Below are positions 8,381 through 16,925 of a DNA stretch of 32,000 nt, piece by piece (position 1 is the first letter of the stretch; every line of letters starts with the position of its first letter). Both the position numbers and the translations under genes were made by a program. This stretch comes from Candidatus Electrothrix sp. GW3-4 (lineage in GTDB: Bacteria > Desulfobacterota > Desulfobulbia > Desulfobulbales > Desulfobulbaceae): NCBI RefSeq assembly GCF_037902255.1, contig NZ_CP147990.1, positions 3,780,001 to 3,812,000 of the forward strand. The letters run 5' to 3'. A model generated the notes under the pieces. It was not told the DNA's origin. It saw only the letters and a list, made by a program, of their open reading frames with translations, and ran no database searches.

Positions 8381-9636
8381 TGTCATTTCAGATGATCCGA
8401 CCTAAGCTTCCTCACAAAAGAGAGACTGATCAAACAGATTGGCAAAACTCTAGCCTATTTCTTGACAAGGGATTTCAAAAATGGGAGACAAACGATGGTG
8501 ATAGGGGAGAAGCCATAGGCAAGCACATCAAGGTTGCTTGCGAAATAGATGTACCTGAAGTCTACAAGGCAGCCTACACTCGATGGCTTGGAGAAACCGC
8601 CAACAAAGAGAGCTTTGCCCGTTGGTTTGGCAAACTCGATGGTACCCGTCTGTTCATTGGTTTAGGCATGGACCATGCACTGGAGGCCCAGGTCTGCCGT
8701 CACCCTGTCTACGGGATGCCCTATATTCCCGGCTCTGCCCTGAAAGGACTGGCCCGTGCTGAGGCGAAAAGATATGCCAAGAAACAGGAAGAGGAAGAAT
8801 CAAAAAAATTCAACAAAGTGATTGATATTCTGTTCGGACCGGATTGCAATGACTCGGATGATCCCGAGGCCGAAGCTAATACCGGCTACCTGATTTTTCA
8901 CGATGCTTGGTGGATTCCCGGCGGAAAAGCAGGAGGATGTCAACAAAAGCCCTATATCCCGGAGATCGTCACGGTTCATGCGGTTGAATATTATACAAAT
9001 CAAGGGAAAAAAGAAGCACCGCATCCTGATATGGAATCCCCCAACCCTAACCACCAAATCGCTGTTCAAGGGAGCTTTTATTTTGTGGTCGAAGGTGTGC
9101 AGCAATGGGCGGAACTGGGCATGAAATTTCTTACCTTGGGACTACAAGAAGAAGGAATTGGCGGTAAGATTAGCGCTGGGTACGGGTATTTTGTATGGGA
9201 TGAAAAAACTAAAAAAAATGGTGAGAATATCGCCAGAGAATGGGTCCAAAAAACCAAAGAAGCACAACAGCAAGTACGGATTAACAATCTAAGTGAATCT
9301 GAATACTTGGTTTATACGCTAAACAAACTGGTGGAGGAATATCAAAAAAACTCAAAGGTATTAGGGGAACGAGGAAGGAGTAAAATCCTACAGCAGGCTG
9401 CCGAGATTGAAAAGTACGAAAAATGGCCCGCACTATACAATAAAGAGAATGCCTTGGTGGCTGTTGCTCATGCCAAATCTGTAGCCACAATTACGAAAAA
9501 AAGAGCAGCAAAAAACGAAACCACAAACCACCATCGCAGAAAAAAATCGAAGCTAGAGCCAGAAAACGTCAGAAACAAAAGAATAAGAAGTAACTCTGAC
9601 TATCCCGAAGGGATTCTATTCACCAGCAAAGGGTAA
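8380..9636 (+). CDS. cmr6: Cmr6 RAMP subunit with a C-terminal K/E/Q-rich extension of about 146 aa
   Basis: 418 aa. The RAMP motifs YIPGSALKGLAR and GGKISAGYGYF are present. The recognisable core ends near aa 272 (about nt 9195). The rest is AT-rich, charged sequence ending in a basic tail (KKRAAKNETTNHHRRKKSK..NKRIR). Confidence 0.9.
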   Translation: MSFQMIRPKLPHKRETDQTDWQNSSLFLDKGFQKWETNDGDRGEAIGKHIKVACEIDVPEVYKAAYTRWLGETANKESFARWFGKLDGTRLFIGLGMDHALEAQVCRHPVYGMPYIPGSALKGLARAEAKRYAKKQEEEESKKFNKVIDILFGPDCNDSDDPEAEANTGYLIFHDAWWIPGGKAGGCQQKPYIPEIVTVHAVEYYTNQGKKEAPHPDMESPNPNHQIAVQGSFYFVVEGVQQWAELGMKFLTLGLQEEGIGGKISAGYGYFVWDEKTKKNGENIAREWVQKTKEAQQQVRINNLSESEYLVYTLNKLVEEYQKNSKVLGERGRSKILQQAAEIEKYEKWPALYNKENALVAVAHAKSVATITKKRAAKNETTNHHRRKKSKLEPENVRNKRIRSNSDYPEGILFTSKG

Positions 9637-9707
9637 CACCCTGGGTTAAGGACTTTACCCCGACTCGCTACCACGAATTTCATCGCAAACCATACAAGGT
9701 GTCAAGC

Positions 9708-10214
9708 ATGAATGATCTCAAAACCTGGTTGGAAAATATGGTCTTAACCTACAAGGTAATAACAATTATAATTTCCGGTGGGATACTATCTTTTTTTATT
9801 TATTTTTGGAGATATATAAAAGTTCAGTGGCGGTTTGGAAGAAATCTAAAAAGAGAAGTATACTTTCTGAAAACATCAGGCAAACATGACCTGCAAGCTG
9901 AACGAAAGAAACTGATTGATTTGAATGTATTTAATATAGCTGGAGAAGTTAAAGACATCTCAACGTCCACAAAAATATTGCAACCGATAAATAAAAATGC
10001 TGTTTATATCGTTGGCTACGATACTGACTATACTAGATATAAAGAACTTTTTGAGTCGGCAAAACCATCCGTCCCTATTATCATATTTGCCGATCAAAGA
10101 GAGATACAAAAATCAGAGCATTGGACAATATTCAATGAATATATTTATTGCGATGTAGCCAATACAACACATCGTCTTGCAATTATTTTGCTAAGTACAT
10201 TGAAAATTGTGTGA
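9708..10214 (+). CDS. Small single-pass membrane protein of unknown function, last gene of the cmr block
   Basis: The track ORF starts at GTG 9699. ATG 9708 (MNDLKTWLEN) has AAGG 8 nt upstream. One hydrophobic helix is present (VITIIISGGILSFFIYFW). It is followed by about 130 aa with an alternating beta/alpha-like pattern (VYFLKTSG, AVYIVGYD, PIIIFAD, YIYCDV). The gene is strongly AT-rich compared with its neighbours. Confidence 0.6.
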   Translation: MNDLKTWLENMVLTYKVITIIISGGILSFFIYFWRYIKVQWRFGRNLKREVYFLKTSGKHDLQAERKKLIDLNVFNIAGEVKDISTSTKILQPINKNAVYIVGYDTDYTRYKELFESAKPSVPIIIFADQREIQKSEHWTIFNEYIYCDVANTTHRLAIILLSTLKIV

Positions 10215-10273
10215 ATAGCTTGATCAACAATTCGACCTCCCAAAAAACTAATCAAACAATATCACAACACTTT

Positions 10274-11221
10274 TCAACCATCTCCCCAACTCAAAACCTG
10301 ATACCGCCCAAACCCCTTACTAGCCTGCTTACCAATATGCAACCACTGGCCGAGCCAGAGAAAAGGCCAGAACAGCTCCGGGTCCCTGGGCGCAAAATCC
10401 ACTGTTCCCAGAAATCCCCTCAACTCCACCTCCCTCCCCTGTCGCGCTGACCACCAGGTGGTGGTATGCGAGCGCAGGGCAATATTCATGACTTCGGACT
10501 GGGCCGCGCAGTCCTTGAGGGCCCGAAAATCGGCCTCCAGGGGACAGCCCATGTAAAAATACTGAAGCAGAGAAACACGCCGGATCACAGCCATGAGCAA
10601 CCGGCTGATCTCAAGGGTCTCTGGGCGGAAGGACTTGTCCGAGGGCAGATAGGGGGTGAGGAAGTGCAGCCGCAGAGCTGCGGGCGCAGGCGGCACCAGA
10701 GCTTGCTCCATAATACTGTCCTGAACCTCGCCCTGCTGATCCCAGATCAGCCGCTGGCCACCCGGCAACACCTGAGCAACTTGGAGCAATTCCGCCTTTG
10801 CCCTGTCCGAGCCAAACCCCAAGCGCCCGGATTTCTCCATAGCCCGAATCACCGCAGGCAGGCGTTTGCAGGCAGCCCCGGCTAGCACCAGGCCGTGGCT
10901 GAATTGTCCACCCGGCGAGATGCTCGCCGCACCGCATTGGTCGCTGTGAAAGATATGGGGCAACGGCACCGTGCCCACCTTGCGCATGATCTCCGCTTCT
11001 GGCGGCCTGGGGCCTTTGATGAAAAAGGCAAAATCGCATTGATGGCAAAGCATGCAGTCGGCACAGTCAGCATTGGGGGCAATACAGCTCTGCTGGTGCA
11101 GGGCCAGCCCGAACACACTGCGGCGGAGCGGGTCGGAAAAGAGCGGCAGGGTCAGGGGATCACGGGCCGTAAAGGTGAAACGGTATTCGGCAAGAATGAG
11201 ATGGGGTGTGCAAGGTTGCAT
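10274..11221 (-). CDS. cas6: Cas6-family pre-crRNA endoribonuclease, paralogue 2
   Basis: From ORF 10274-11272. It has the same HIGKQASKGFGRY loop and Cys-rich motif as paralogue 1. ATG 11221 (MQPCTPHLILAEYRF) is preceded by AGAAGG about 9 nt upstream. The ATG at 11272 is an alternative start. Confidence 0.8.
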   Translation of the reverse strand: MQPCTPHLILAEYRFTFTARDPLTLPLFSDPLRRSVFGLALHQQSCIAPNADCADCMLCHQCDFAFFIKGPRPPEAEIMRKVGTVPLPHIFHSDQCGAASISPGGQFSHGLVLAGAACKRLPAVIRAMEKSGRLGFGSDRAKAELLQVAQVLPGGQRLIWDQQGEVQDSIMEQALVPPAPAALRLHFLTPYLPSDKSFRPETLEISRLLMAVIRRVSLLQYFYMGCPLEADFRALKDCAAQSEVMNIALRSHTTTWWSARQGREVELRGFLGTVDFAPRDPELFWPFLWLGQWLHIGKQASKGFGRYQVLSWGDG

Positions 11222-11286
11222 ATCATGCCTTCTGTCTGAAAAAATGTTTCGCGTGGAGGGCTGTAGGGGCACGACGTGCCGTGCCC

Positions 11287-11592
11287 TTACTTCACCTCAA
11301 TAACCCGAAAGCCCTGATTACCAAAGCAGTAGATGACAAACAGGGCAATCCGTGCCCCTGGGTATTCCTGGCGCAGACCGTCGGCATAGCCAGCGATCTG
11401 TTCTGTATCTTGGGGCCGAAGCTGAAAATCCGCAATACTGGTTTTCATTTTTTTAAATTCGCTGTTGGAAAAATACTTAAATTCAATCACCCAGCGCAGG
11501 CCTGCGTAGATTTCGTTATACTTGGGCTTGTCAGTGGTCCATTCATTTTGAAAGGCTTTTTTCGCAAGGATACCCTGATGCTTACTTGCTGT
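11287..11592 (-). pseudogene. Probable 5'-truncated remnant of a PD-(D/E)XK-type nuclease gene
   Basis: The frame is open for 101 codons from an in-frame stop at 11593-11595. Its only start candidate is GTG 11490. It reads ..WTTDKPKYNEIYAGLRWVIEFKYF..DTEQIAGYADGLRQEYPGARIALFVIYCFGNQGFRVIEVK. The D-x13-E-x-K spacing and layout resemble the C-termini of the genes at 15366 and 20567. The family link is by eye only. Confidence 0.35.
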
Positions 11593-11845
11593 TCAAGCAC
11601 ACATAATACACAGATGCGGCTTGTTTGTCAGGTCGGATAAGGGGCGTTAGGGGAAAATGATGTTTTTTGAGGGGATTGCTGACTGATGCTTGCTGTTTTT
11701 CGTTTCCAGTAGCTCCAGCATATGTTACTATTATACCTGTCTTTAGATTGTTATGAGTAGGGGAACCGTCAAGCAATGGCTGGCGGAGATGATAGCGCAG
11801 GTGGTTTGTGCCTACTGAGAGAAAGGGGGGAAATCGGCCGGACAT

Positions 11846-12120
11846 GGAATTTTTTCAGGTTATTTTTTCTCGTTGTCATTATTCGTCATGATTAAAAAAA
11901 TGCATTTATAATTTTGATTTTTCAGGTAAAAATATTTTGAAAAACACTGTAAATTCAACTTTTAATACTGATTATGACAAAGTAGTCACGATGTCGTGCA
12001 ACGAATTGTATTATCGCTTGTAATGCCGATTCAAAATTCACAACTTTCAAAACCCGTTTCCATGTCGTTTTTTTACTTGCTTAATCTGCTGAATCTACTA
12101 TCGTTTGAAGCAAGGCCGCT
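11846..12120 (+). promoter_or_regulatory. AT-rich leader of CRISPR array 1
   Basis: About 275 bp of very AT-rich non-coding sequence immediately 5' of the first repeat. Orientation is inferred from the repeat 3' end ATTAAGAC, which resembles the canonical 8-nt crRNA handle. Confidence 0.5.
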
Positions 12121-14396
12121 GTCGTAGCACCTACCCTATGAAGAGGGTATTAAGACTTGGGCAGTTCCTCCCGTCCAAGAAAACTGGATGTCGTAGCACC
12201 TACCCTATGAAGAGGGTATTAAGACACAAGCATGGAGCAGGCTACAAGCCTGCTCCGTGTCGTAGCACCTACCCTATGAAGAGGGTATTAAGACGGGTAG
12301 GGATTTTACCAGCCAGAATAGTCCAAAGAGTCGTAGCACCTACCCTATGAAGAGGGTATTAAGACTTGATCGCTTGCCCGTAGCACCAGACATTCCGGTC
12401 GTAGCACCTACCCTATGAAGAGGGTATTAAGACCCATTTTGCCTAACTCTTTAAGTATCTGCTCGATGTCGTAGCACCTACCCTATGAAGAGGGTATTAA
12501 GACCTCTGAAAGTAACCTCCTCCACCTCATAGTACGCTGTCGTAGCACCTACCCTATGAAGAGGGTATTAAGACAGCGATGATGTTGCGGGGTGTAAAAA
12601 TCTTTTTCACGTCGTAGCACCTACCCTATGAAGAGGGTATTAAGACGCCATTCGTGAGCCTCTTCTTCAGAGAAGAAAGTCGTAGCACCTACCCTATGAA
12701 GAGGGTATTAAGACTGAGACGAGGAAGGACTTCCTCCCTCGTTTCCGTCGTAGCACCTACCCTATGAAGAGGGTATTAAGACCCCAGCGAAGAAAATCAA
12801 TCTTCTGGTTCTGGCTGTCGTAGCACCTACCCTATGAAGAGGGTATTAAGACACTCCTTCCGCCTGTGCCCCAGCGATGCTGGGGAGGTCGTAGCACCTA
12901 CCCTATGAAGAGGGTATTAAGACCGATTAAAAGGTCTCCGTTATCGCAGCTAGCGACTGTCGTAGCACCTACCCTATGAAGAGGGTATTAAGACAGTAGT
13001 TTTTTACACAAATGTGTCGCAGGGAAGAGGTCGTAGCACCTACCCTATGAAGAGGGTATTAAGACCTTAAATAATCCACCTCATTAGCGGTCATAACAGT
13101 GTCGTAGCACCTACCCTATGAAGAGGGTATTAAGACAACTTTGTAGTTCTTTGGGTATTATCATGATGTCGTAGCACCTACCCTATGAAGAGGGTATTAA
13201 GACTAAAAGGTGGTTGCGAGTTAGACACTGCTATCTCTGTCGTAGCACCTACCCTATGAAGAGGGTATTAAGACGACGAAATTGTTCAACGTGATAGCAA
13301 CTACGGCGGGTCGTAGCACCTACCCTATGAAGAGGGTATTAAGACAATTTTTTTCAGTTGTCTTCATTAGAGCATCCCGTCGTAGCACCTACCCTATGAA
13401 GAGGGTATTAAGACTCTTTAGTGTGGACACTATAATTTTCTTCTGGTCGTAGCACCTACCCTATGAAGAGGGTATTAAGACTTCACGCCTACTCCTTTCT
13501 TCGTGTTTTGCCCTCGTCGTAGCACCTACCCTATGAAGAGGGTATTAAGACTTTTGTTGCCCATGCCCTTTTTCTCGTATCGCTCCGTCGTAGCACCTAC
13601 CCTATGAAGAGGGTATTAAGACGTTACAATTAAGTTCAACTTTGCGACCTGAAGGGTCGTAGCACCTACCCTATGAAGAGGGTATTAAGACTTTCGAGTA
13701 AAAACTACTGCATACCTACCGAGATACGTCGTAGCACCTACCCTATGAAGAGGGTATTAAGACTTTTGCCCAGAAGAATCTCTAGAACTCCAGCTTCGTC
13801 GTAGCACCTACCCTATGAAGAGGGTATTAAGACAACATTAATATCATCACTACTCCCGTTAGTGACGTCGTAGCACCTACCCTATGAAGAGGGTATTAAG
13901 ACCGAAGGATTTTTGATCTTGCGACAAATCTGCACGAGGTCGTAGCACCTACCCTATGAAGAGGGTATTAAGACCGTTGGAGAGGTTGTCAATTGCTTCT
14001 TTCTCGGAACGTCGTAGCACCTACCCTATGAAGAGGGTATTAAGACTTCCTCTAGGCTCTCCATTTTTAAAGAAAATGGGGTCGTAGCACCTACCCTATG
14101 AAGAGGGTATTAAGACATGACGCTCGAGCGACCAGTTAAACGCAGGTACTGTCGTAGCACCTACCCTATGAAGAGGGTATTAAGACGCGTTGCCACTGCT
14201 GGCAACGTAACTTTCCGCTGTCGTAGCACCTACCCTATGAAGAGGGTATTAAGACCTCCTCAGCCTGCGCATTTGCTTGTGCGTCTGCCTGTCGTAGCAC
14301 CTACCCTATGAAGAGGGTATTAAGACATAGCCCGGCTTAGGCGGATTACCTTGAGCTAAGGTCGTAGCACCTACCCTATGAAGAGGGTATTAAGAC
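12121..14396 (+). CRISPR. CRISPR array 1: 33 repeats and 32 spacers
   Basis: The 36-nt repeat is GTCGTAGCACCTACCCTATGAAGAGGGTATTAAGAC. I saw no variant copy by eye. Spacers are about 31-36 nt by hand count. The repeat has an internal hairpin, TACCCT-ATGAAG-AGGGTA. Confidence 0.98.
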
Positions 14397-14531
14397 CAAA
14401 TTAACAGCGGGCTTTCGCCTACTCTCATCCCATCCTTTTTCACCTTTCTCTCTTATTCTGATTCCAAACTTTGAGCATATCGAATATAATAGCTTATTCG
14501 TCCTTGTTGCTTTGTCTCTAAGAGGGGAAAA

Positions 14532-14822
14532 GTGATTTACAATTTTGAGTGGAATCCGAATAAAGCCAAGAAAAATATCCGGAAGCATAAGGTCAGCTTT
14601 GAAGAAGCGTCTACAGTGTTTCGTGACCCAGCAGCTTTGACAATATTTGACCCTGACCATAGTGAAACGGAAGACAGGTGGCTAACAGTCGGAATTTCCA
14701 GAGCTGGCAAAGTGCTGTTGGTTTGTCATACATATAAGCAAGTTGACGTGGAAACGGCAATAATTCGTATATTTTCAAGCCGGAAAGCCACTGCATCTGA
14801 AAAAAGGGAATATGGTGAGTGA
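14532..14822 (+). CDS. brnT: BrnT (DUF497) ribonuclease toxin
   Basis: 96 aa, with a GTG start preceded by GAGGGG. FEWNPNKAKKNIRKHKVSFEEASTVFRDP...IRIFSSRKATASEKREY fits the DUF497/BrnT consensus as I recall it. Confidence 0.85.
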   Translation: MIYNFEWNPNKAKKNIRKHKVSFEEASTVFRDPAALTIFDPDHSETEDRWLTVGISRAGKVLLVCHTYKQVDVETAIIRIFSSRKATASEKREYGE

Positions 14823-15024
14823 GATGAGAAAAGAGTATGATTTTTCCCAAGGCGAACGAGGAAAATTTTTAAAAAAAGATGTCAAGCTCAACCTTCCTGT
14901 TTACCTTGAAGACGATATTTTTGATTATATTGAAAAAATTGCAAAAAAAAGAAAAGCTGATGTGTCTTCTGTTGTTAATCAGCTTTTACGTAGCGATATT
15001 CAAATGATTGAATCTGTTAAGTAG
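14812..15024 (+). CDS. brnA: BrnA-like antitoxin
   Basis: 70 aa. It overlaps the brnT 3' end by 11 nt. MRKEYDFSQGERGKF...PVYLEDDIFDYIEKIA...VVNQLLRSDIQMIE is the typical small antitoxin pattern found downstream of BrnT. Confidence 0.75.
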   Translation: MVSEMRKEYDFSQGERGKFLKKDVKLNLPVYLEDDIFDYIEKIAKKRKADVSSVVNQLLRSDIQMIESVK

Positions 15025-15053
15025 AACCTGATTCTTTCAGAGACTCGCGTTAA

Positions 15054-15089
15054 GCTGTAGCACCTACCCTATGAAGAGGGTATTAAGAC
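15054..15089 (+). repeat. Orphan or terminal CRISPR repeat of array-1 type (34/36 match)
   Basis: GCTGTAGCACCTACCCTATGAAGAGGGTATTAAGAC differs from the array-1 repeat only at positions 2-3 (CT for TC). It lies 657 bp after repeat 33. Confidence 0.9.
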
Positions 15090-15317
15090 CGTAGGGGCGA
15101 CCGGCCGGTCGCCCCTACGCCCCGTGCAATCTTTTCAGAAATTCCACCTTCTTCCGCAGTTGCCGTGTGTCTGCCCTTGATGTCTCCACCAAGACAGGCC
15201 GGGCAAACACCCCGGCTGAAAATGCTTTTTTCATCCCACCCCCTCCTTTTTCACCACCCCCAGAAAACATATTGATAAACCACCCAATACAGGTAGTATT
15301 CAGGTGAGAACATCCAA
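15090..15317 (+). repeat. Array trailer, copy A. It has a 30-nt perfect palindrome and a candidate promoter for the downstream gene.
   Basis: CGTAGGGGCGACCGGCCGGTCGCCCCTACG (15090-15119) is a perfect palindrome. By eye, the whole segment is identical to 20259-20500 except for a 14-nt indel. It also contains TTGATA (15272-15277), a 16-nt spacer and TAGTAT (15294-15299). Confidence 0.85.
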
Positions 15318-15365
15318 ACGAGCCGCCAACTTGCCCGGCATCCGTCCGACACCTGAAGGAGCAAC

Positions 15366-16925
15366 ATGGAGAAATTAGGCTTAGGGATACAGGAACTGGC
15401 TGTATTCAAAGAGAAGGGGCTGATCTATGTGGATAAAACCGAGCTTATTGAAAAACTGATAAACAGTGGCAAATACTATTTCCTCTCCCGGCCCAGACGC
15501 TTTGGTAAATCCCTGCTGGTCAACACAATCCAGGAGCTTTTTTCCGGCAACAAAGACCTGTTCACAGGCTGTCACGTACATGATTCCTGGAACTGGGAGG
15601 AGAAACACCCGGTCATAAAGATCAGCTTTTCAGAGATGAACTACCGGCAGGACGGTCTGGAAAAGGCCCTGGAGGACTCCCTGCTGCAATTAGCTGAGGA
15701 GCATGGTGTCCAATTTACTACATCAGGTTACGGCAACAGGTTTCTGGAGCTGATCAAGGCGGTGGGCAGGGAAACACCGGCGGTTGTCCTGATTGATGAA
15801 TACGATAAACCAATTATTGATTATCTGGAAAAATCCGCCAACGAACAGGCCGAAGCAAATCGGGAAATACTGAAAACCTTCTATACCGGCATCAAGGATC
15901 AGGACAGGTTTCTCCGCTTCCTCCTGATCACCGGGGTATCCAAGTTCAGCAAGGTTTCCATCTTCAGCGACCTGAACCACCTGACCGACATCACCGTGTC
16001 CAGGCATTTTGCTGCGATAGCCGGGTACAGCGAAGCGGAAATCAGGCGGCATTACCCACAGTACCTGACCGCGCTCAGCCGGGATTACAACCTCTCCGAA
16101 GACGAGATGATGAAGGAGATTGCCCTCTGGTATAACGGCTACTCCTGGGACGGCAAGACCTTCCTCTTTAACCCCTATTCGATCATCAGTCTGTTTTTTC
16201 ACCAGATATTTAAGAATTTCTGGTTCGAAACCGGCACCCCAACCTTTCTTGTTCAACGGATCAAGGAGTCTGGCCGGAAGATCAACGAGTCCATAAGCAA
16301 GGAGATCAACGAATCCGTCTTTAGCAGGTATGATGTCGATAATATGAACACCACAGCCATCATGTTTCAGACAGGCTACCTGACCATCAAGGAGTTTGAC
16401 TGGAGACGGAACAAGTACCGCCTTGATTTCCCGAACAAAGAGGTCCGTGAATCCTTTCTCCATTTTGCTGCGGAGCATTATGTGGGCAGCTCCCAGGATG
16501 AGATGGGCGGCATTACGGAAATGCTGGCCGAGGCCCTTGCCTTGAACGATATGCAGAGCTTTTTTATTGCCCTGCAAGCCCTGTTCAGTTCAATAGCGGT
16601 CAAGCAGCTGGACAAAGTGAAGGAATACGAAGGATTTTATCATTCCGTGATCTATATTGTCCTGAAGCTCCTCGGTATGCAGATCGCCTGTGAAGTGCAG
16701 TCAAATTTCGGCACCACAGATGCGGTCCTGCAAACAGCGGAACATATCTATGTGCTTGAGTTCAAAATGGGCACTGCCGCCTCGGCACTGGAACAGATCA
16801 AAAAGAGAAAATATCACACGCCGTATCTTGCCGATCAACGGGGTTTGGTGCTTGTCGGTTTCGGTTTTGACAAGGCGGAACGAAATCTGACGGATTTTCT
16901 TGCTGAGGAGATAGAGAATCGGTGA
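15366..16925 (+). CDS. AAA-ATPase-like plus PD-(D/E)XK (PDDEXK_9/DUF1703-type) protein, paralogue A
   Basis: 519 aa. The N-terminus YVDKTELIEKLI..YYFLSRPRRFGKSLL and VVLIDEYDKP fit the AAA-ATPase_like domain. The C-terminus TTDAVLQTAEHIYVLEFKMG..ALEQIKKRKY has the PD-(D/E)XK D...ExK core. Confidence 0.85.
   Translation: MEKLGLGIQELAVFKEKGLIYVDKTELIEKLINSGKYYFLSRPRRFGKSLLVNTIQELFSGNKDLFTGCHVHDSWNWEEKHPVIKISFSEMNYRQDGLEKALEDSLLQLAEEHGVQFTTSGYGNRFLELIKAVGRETPAVVLIDEYDKPIIDYLEKSANEQAEANREILKTFYTGIKDQDRFLRFLLITGVSKFSKVSIFSDLNHLTDITVSRHFAAIAGYSEAEIRRHYPQYLTALSRDYNLSEDEMMKEIALWYNGYSWDGKTFLFNPYSIISLFFHQIFKNFWFETGTPTFLVQRIKESGRKINESISKEINESVFSRYDVDNMNTTAIMFQTGYLTIKEFDWRRNKYRLDFPNKEVRESFLHFAAEHYVGSSQDEMGGITEMLAEALALNDMQSFFIALQALFSSIAVKQLDKVKEYEGFYHSVIYIVLKLLGMQIACEVQSNFGTTDAVLQTAEHIYVLEFKMGTAASALEQIKKRKYHTPYLADQRGLVLVGFGFDKAERNLTDFLAEEIENR

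Noticed and set aside
12366-12397. Spacer 4 of array 1 contains CGTAGCACC, a 9-nt match to the repeat 5' region
   Set aside because: It is a single short match inside a normally sized spacer with perfect repeats on both sides. This is most likely chance.
12105-14311. ORFs predicted inside CRISPR array 1 (for example 12105-12350 and 14117-14311)
   Set aside because: Their translations are periodic read-through of the repeat (CRSTYPMKRVLR recurring every 23-24 aa). These are array artefacts.
15090-15119. The 30-nt palindrome as a canonical intrinsic terminator of the arrays
   Set aside because: No U-tract follows the stem directly; the next T-run is about 12 nt away and short. I kept it as an open finding rather than annotating it as a terminator.
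15723-16577. The 284-aa antisense ORF inside AAA/PD-(D/E)XK paralogue A. Similar cases are 5337-5981, 23670-24464, 26737-27621 and 30028-30804.
   Set aside because: Each lies fully antisense to a gene with strong domain motifs. Their compositions are typical of shadow frames.
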